From: an uncultured Spirochaetota bacterium
Lineage (GTDB): Bacteria; Spirochaetota; Spirochaetia; SZUA-6; Fen-1364
Direction of reading: 5' to 3'
Assembly: GCA_963745235.1 (NCBI GenBank)
Contig: CAVUXE010000035.1
Span: 192,001 to 256,000, forward strand
DNA: 64,000 bases
The translations under genes were made by a program, and so were the position numbers. The notes beneath the pieces are model-generated. The model did no database searches. It had not been told where the DNA came from and worked only from the letters and a program-made list of their open reading frames with translations. Every line of letters begins with the position of its first letter. The first letter of the stretch is position 1. This document shows, one piece after another, positions 57,647 through 64,000 of this stretch.

Positions 57647-60553
57647 TTCCCCGCCTCCAGCAGCTTCCTGGCCTTGACCGTCCACGCCGACGAGGGGAAG
57701 CTGTCTGTCATCTTCTTCACCAGCGCCTGCACCTGATCCGGCCGCTCCCCAAGCTTCATCATTTCGGCAGCCCGGTAAAGGGCGGATGCCGAAAAATCCT
57801 GATCCCCTGCTCCCGTGGCAGCGGCCGCTACAAACCTCTTTGCCGCTTCCATCAGGTCACTCCTGCGATAGAAGTATTCACCTTCGAGGTACTGGGCGTT
57901 TGCCGCCATGGCCCCGCTTGCCTGCGCGGCAACCTGCTGGAGCATCTGATACCCCTCTTCGACTTTCTTGTCTCCGCTGTAGATGTACAGCCGTGCGAGG
58001 TCGACAGTTGCCTGCAGGCGGGCATCGCCGCTGGAATGCGCGATGCGCGTCTTGAGGTCAGCCTCCGTGGCGTCAAGGCCTTGGACCTGGTAGCGCAGCT
58101 TTTCCGCCGCGATGTCCGCCTTCGCGAGGCGGGCCTCGTTCGGGTAGTCGGAAATGAACCGGGTGTAGAGATCCAGGGCATGCTTGAGGTCATTGGCGGC
58201 CGCGTAGACCTCGGCAGCCTTCCGCAGCGAGGCGGCACGGAAGGGGCTCGTTCGATACGTGTTGGCAAGCTGCTCCCAGAGGAGCGCAGCGTCGAACTTC
58301 GCTCCGGTGTTGCTGGCCGCTTCGCCGCCCCAGTACAGGGCGGCATCATGCAACCGCCCGTTCGGGTACTTGCGCCGGTAATCCGTGAACGCGGTTGCCG
58401 CGGCCGCGTAGTCGTGCTGGTTGAACATCGTTTCCGCCAGTCGATACGTCGCTTCTTCCGCAAGGGGGCTTGCGGGGAACTGACTCACCAGGTCCCGGTA
58501 AGCACTCACAGCGCCTGAGGGTGACCCGGAAAGCGCCTGGACGCCCGCGTAGTCGAAGAGGGCGCTGTCCGCAAAGGAAGATCGCGGAGAGGAGTTGATG
58601 ATTCCCTGCAGGGCGTTGGAGGCTTCCGTGAGCCTTTTTGCATTCATCAGGCTCTTTGCGTAAAGGTAGAAATCCTTGTCCGCCGAGCTCTTGTCCCCTT
58701 CCGCCTGGGCAGCCCGGGAGAAATAGTCCGCTGCCTTGTCGAAGTCCCCGAGGTTGTAATGGCTCCACCCCGCCAGGAAGAGGATCTTCGGGGTGAGGGC
58801 ATGGAGCGGATATGCCGCGGCCAGGCCGTCAGCGGTTGCCGCGCTGTTTTTGAAATCTGCCGTTTTCGAATATGACCACGCCAGGTAGTACCCCAGGTAC
58901 GGCACGATCATTCCGAGCCCGTTCGCCTGGGCCGAGTTCGTGTCAATTTTTCCGAGAGTCTGGACGGCGCCGGCGTAATCCTTCACGGCTACCTGGCTGA
59001 GCCCGAGCAGATACGAGGCAAGGATGCCGTTCCGCGGGCTCCTGGACGCCGCGGGAGCAATGGCCGCCGGGGCTCCCTGCTGAACCGCCTGGTACTGCTT
59101 TGCCAGGAACTGCATCTCCAGAAGGTCCACGGTGGCGTCCACGTCCTGGGGATCAAGCCGGGCGTACTCCTGCAGCGCGCCGGCAGCCCCGGCGAAGTCC
59201 CCCTTCTTCCTGTCGATCTCCGCCTGCAGGCGAAGGAAATCCGGCCGGGTGCTCCCCGCCGTCGGGAGATACCTGGAGACCAGGGCCGCGCTCTGATCCA
59301 GCTTGCCTTCCTGAAGCTGCACATCGGCAAGAAGCGCCGCAGCGCGCGAGGTGTCGGGAGATTTCGGATGCTCACTCAGGAAACGCTGAAGGATGCTTTC
59401 TGCGAGCACAAGCTTACCGGAGTCACGCGCAAGGGCCGCCAATGCAAGCACCGCCGCCTCCGAGGCGGATCCTGGCTGGGTTATGTAATCCTGCAGGAGG
59501 GCCTTTGCCCCGGCGCTGTCCTTTCGGTCCTGCATGATCCTGGCGAGGTAGATCGGCACCGTGCTGTCAACCTTGTAGGAGGCGCGAAGGGCCCAGGCCC
59601 TCCGGAGGTAGAGGGACGCCGCGTCAAGGTTTCCCTTCTTGTAGTATTCGACGCCGATCCCGGCCCAGATGTCCATCATGACTTGCGGCGTCCCGGGCAA
59701 AGTGGCTTTCCATTTCCTGCCCGAGTGATTCCATCCGGGGCAGGTCCGTCTTCGACTCCGCCGCCGCGAACAGCCGGCGGTAGGCGGCCACCGATATGTC
59801 TGGTCGTGCGTTCCGCAGGTCCATGTAGATGGCAAGAGCGTCCGCCTGGCGGTTGTTCTCCCAAAGGCCCTCCGCCCGGTTCCAGAGAAACTCCTGGCTC
59901 AGATCTGCCGGAAGAGACGCAAGGTCAGCGCTTGCGGCGAGCTGCTCCAGGGCGTCCCAGGACTTCTCCTTTGCGAGCAGGGAGGACAGCAGGACGAGAG
60001 CCGGCCCCGCGGCTTCGGACCGCGGATAGGCTTTCAGGAGCTGGCGTGCGGCATCCTCCGCTTCGGGCAGTTTCTGCAACGCCTCCAGGTCCAGGGACTT
60101 GCAGAGAAGCGCCCGGGGGACCAGCTCTGGATCCTTGCCCGTGGTCAGGTATTCATTGAGGGAAACCAGGCTCGGTGTGTACCGGGAGAGCCGGTAAAGC
60201 GACAACCCCTGCCACAAGGGGACTGCGTCGAGGTAGCGCGTCCAGCGATAGCGCAGGGAAATCTCAGTCAACAGGTCTGTTGCCGCCTGGTAGTTGCCCA
60301 GCTGATAGAGGCATACCGCGCGGCGGTACTGCACGTCGGCCAGGAGGTCAGAGGAAGGATACTGTTGAAGGAACTCGTCGTACTGGACGAGTGCCGCCGT
60401 GTAGCTCTTGTTGAGAAAGCGGCTTTCTGCTTCGGTGAACAGCTCGCTGTCGGCCGGAATTGCCCACAGGGATGCTGGTCCCAGGAAAAGCACGAGAATT
60501 GCCGCGTACCGCAGACGCCCGGCAGCAGCCCTGGTCCGCACGTTGTTTTCCAT
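57643..60553 (-). CDS. Large exported TPR protein (BamD/CpoB-like repeats; frameshift near 59700)
   Basis: Repeated 'YPSS..ADVQY', 'FPASPLAEEATYRLAE', 'YPNGRLHDAALYWGGE'; two ORFs that join into about 970 aa. Confidence 0.85.
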
Positions 60554-60783
60554 ACTCCTGAAGGTATCACAGGCGTGCAAGCGCTCAAGTCATCCATGAA
60601 AGGAAAACGGGGTCGAATTTCCATGACAGTCCCTTCCTGGTGTCGTTGAGATTCGACATGCGAATCATCTTTCGCATTACTGACCGGAGTTGCCCGCAAT
60701 CCGTAGAGTTTGACACACGTGGCGTGGTGCGGCGTTGAAAATGCCATGACATCGCTATACAGTATTGCCGTCGGGAGGGCCCC

Positions 60784-63700
60784 ATGAGCAAGAAGTTCCA
60801 TCGCGTGATCATCGTCGCCCTGTTCGCCGTCGCAGCGGCGGCCGCCCACGCAGAGAGCGGCTTTCTTGATTTCTATTCTCCCCAGTTCCTCGCCGGCATG
60901 GGCGGGACGGCGAACCTCAATGCGCCGCAGGGAACGGTCCTCAATCCCGCGGTCAGCGCGGGAAAACAGAGGGTGACCCTGGACTTGAGCTATCTCGCAC
61001 TGACGGGGGTCAGCCCTCTCAACTGGAGCGGGAACTTCATCAACGCCGGGATCACAATCCCCTCCGCGGCCGGAGTCTTCTCCACCACGGGGCGGTTCAC
61101 CAATGCGAACTTTTCAGGATCGCCCGATTGGGGCCCCATGGGCGGAGTGACCCTGTCGTTCGCCAAGGATCTTTTCCCGGATTTCTATGTCGGTGCCGGG
61201 CTGGGTTTCGAGTTCGGCAGCGACTGGGGTCTTGGCCTTGACCTCGGCTTTCTCAATCTTGCGGGTGACATTGGCTTTCTCAGGGATTTCCGGTGGGGGA
61301 TCGCATTCCTGAACATCGGGAAAGGCTACAGCGACTCAAGCTCGCCGGGGTCGCTCAGCAACCCGCCGGCGTTCACGCCGGCCATCGGCGCCCATTTCTC
61401 CCTTGTGAAGACAGACCCCGTGGTGCTTTCTTTCAGTCCCGACCTCAGCTTCCCTTCGCTGGTCGACATGAGGGCCACTGTTGGCGGGGACATCCTGCTC
61501 TTCAAAGTCGTGACGCTGAGCGGGGCGTACAGCTACGACCTTCGCGAAGCGGCGGGAATTGAGCCGGCGCGCTCACTTCCGTTCAGCTTCGGCATCTCGT
61601 TCACTTTCTCCACCAACATCCAGCAGAACATCGGGGCGCTCAACGCCACGGAGCGGGGTTGGAACAGGAGCGATGTCAGCACGACCATCGCTGCTGTGCC
61701 CCTGCAAAACAGCGTGTGGGGGTTCGGCGCCGGAGTCAACGTTCCCCTTGGCTCCATCGTGAAGACTCCTCCCGCCATATCCCTGGAAACCTCGGGTGAG
61801 AAGTACATCTCCCCGACTCTCGTGGGTGGAAAAGTGGATCTTGTCCTTCCCCTTTCCATCACCTCAAAGCGATACGTGAAGGGGTTCCGGCTTGTCATCC
61901 AGGATTCCTCAGGGAACCCGGTTCGCACAATCCAGAACAAGGAGGACAGGCCTGAGAACAGGGACCTGGGGAACCTCCTGAAGCGCCTTGTCTATGTGAA
62001 GCAGGGAATCCCCATTCCTCCTTCCGTCAGGTGGGATGGGACCTCGGACAAGGGCACGGTGGTTCCTGACGGCACGTACCGCTATTACGTCGAGGCGTGG
62101 GACGACAACGGCAACATCGGCAAAACGCCGCTGGGGACGGCCATTGTGAAGACCGTGCCGCCCAGGATAACGGTGAGCGCGCCGTACGTGATTTTCTCCC
62201 CAACAGGGGAAGGGACAAAGGGGAATCTCCCCATCCATCAAACAGGCTCGAAGGAAGACATGTGGGCAGGGACAATCAGGGATGCGGCGGGAGCGACTGT
62301 CCGCACCCTCACCTGGAAGGATTCCGCGCCGCCTGACTTCACATGGGACGGCAAGAACGACAAGGGCATCCTGGCGCCAGACGGCGTGTACAGCTACCAC
62401 GTGACGGCCACGGACAGGGCGCTGAACGTGGGCTCGGCGGATCTGAACAACATCATCATCAACACCCAGCCGACACCCATCCAACTCTCCATCGACAACG
62501 CCTACTTCTCCCCGGGCACGGGCAGCCCCAAGAAGGATGTTACTTTCACTCTGGGCGTTCCCGTCACGACCGACATCGACCAGTGGAGCCTCGCAATCAC
62601 GGACGCCGGCGGGACCACGCAGAGGACCTTCTCAGAAAAGTCGAAAGTCCCCTCGACGGTCGTCTGGGACGGGCGTGATGACGGCGGCAAGCAGCTTCCT
62701 GACGGCGGTTACAAGGCCAGGCTCGCAGTCGTGTACCTGAACGGCCACAACCCGACGGCAGACTCCCCGCTCATCACCATCAAGACGACACCGCCCACCG
62801 CCGCCGCAACAGCGGAATACCAGGTCTTCTCCCCAACGGGCGACAGTGAGCGCAACACGGTCAAGATCCACCAGGACACCTCGGAAGAGACGTCCTGGAC
62901 AGGGACTTTCAAGGACGAAAAGGGCAAGGACGTGAGGATCCTCACGTGGCGCGGAACGGCTGACCCCGTCTTCCAGTGGGACGGCCGCACGGACGACGGC
63001 ACGCTCCTTCCTGACGGGGAGTACACCTACGCTCTTTCCGCCACCGACCGGGCGGGGAACACCGGGGCCTCCAAGCCGATCACCCTGAGAATCGACACCC
63101 AGAAAAAGCCGGTCCGAGTTTCCACGGATGTCGCATACTTCTCACCCTTCGGCGGCGGAACAAGGACAAGGATAAAGATAATCCCGTCCCTTGCCGTGAC
63201 AACGGGCATAGAGAGCTTCGTGGTTCGGGTGAAAAACTCCAAGGGTGATGTCGTGCGGACGTTCAAGGGCTCCAACCGGCCGCCGGAGGAGATTTCATGG
63301 GCGGGCATAGACGACGCAGGGGCCAGGGCGCCTGACGGACAGTATGGGGCGGAGCTGGAAGTCGCGTATTCCAACGGCACGCATCCCACGGCGCAAAGCA
63401 ATCCCTTCTTCATCGACAACCATTTCCCGCAGATCGACCTCAGCGCTGACGCCACTCTGTTCTCTCCGGACGGCACGAGCCGCCTGCAGTCAATCAGCAT
63501 CAAGCAGTCTTCCAGCAACGAAGACCTCTGGGAAGGGGAGATACGAAACGCCAAGAATGAGCGTGTCCGGGGATGGTTCTGGAAGGGCATGGCCGTTGAT
63601 TTTGCCTGGGACGGCAAGGACGACAACGGCAACATTGCCCTGACGGCACGTACACCTATATCGTCAAATCCCAGACAAAGGCCGGAAACTCGACCGTCAA

Positions 63701-64000
63701 GGAGTTGAAGGGGATTCAGATCGACACCCGGCCCACGCCCATCTTCATTACCGCGTCTGCCACAGGGTTCTCTCCAACGCCCGGCGGCACGCCGAGCTCC
63801 GTCAACTTCACGCCGATCGTTCAGCTGGCGGAAGGGATCAGGTCCTGGAAGCTTTCCATGGTGAGCTCCGCCGGTACATCGGTCAGGGATTTCACGGGAG
63901 CGGCGCCTGTGCCGCAGTCCGTTGCGTGGGACGGCAAGGACGCGGCCGGCGCCCTGGCGCCGGACGGCTCGTACGTTGCTGACTTCCAGGTGGACTACTT
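60784..64000 (+). CDS. Envelope protein: N-terminal beta-barrel-like domain plus at least 7 tandem FlgD-Ig-like repeats (frameshift near 63640; continues past the window)
   Basis: Signal peptide, 'LNPAVSA', beta strands, then repeats 'FSPxG...WDGxDDxG..PDGxYxY'. Confidence 0.82.

Overview
GC-rich bacterial chromosomal segment, most likely from a free-living Spirochaetia genome or MAG. This is inferred from the spirochaete-type 'WAGGQNE' solute-binding protein signal, the PilZ/HEAT/ComEC/rsmA block and the barrel-plus-Ig-repeat envelope protein. 1-23 kb is core-like: a multi-PAS sensor, a chemoreceptor, fabZ, accBCDA, a Bacteroides-type serine palmitoyltransferase-like enzyme, dapAB, pta, tyrA, bactofilin, mtaB and tRNA-Lys(UUU). 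Directly after the tRNA an integrase-less, visibly more AT-rich accessory region carries an unusual sugar/cyclitol catabolic locus: DhuI/RpiB-like isomerase, IolD-like ThDP enzyme, single-chain transketolase, Gfo/Idh/MocA oxidoreductases (one fused to an M24 hydrolase), ABC importer, SCP2, BKACE, SDR, IclR and FadR. Next come nitroreductases and a hybrid kinase with a Cys-rich GAF domain. The top finding is a tightly linked minus-strand operon (50.2-54.0 kb): corrinoid protein, TmcC/HmcE-like di-haem cytochrome b, stand-alone 4Fe-4S dicluster, MetV, MetF. The cytochrome b carries a signal peptide and a low-complexity arm with up to four 'DATTSAS'-type motifs resembling ApbE flavinylation sites. 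The window ends with a TPR/beta-barrel/TonB operon and a barrel protein with at least 7 FlgD-Ig repeats. About nine genes are broken by single-base indels that look like sequencing or assembly errors. All family assignments are by eye from motifs; no searches were run.
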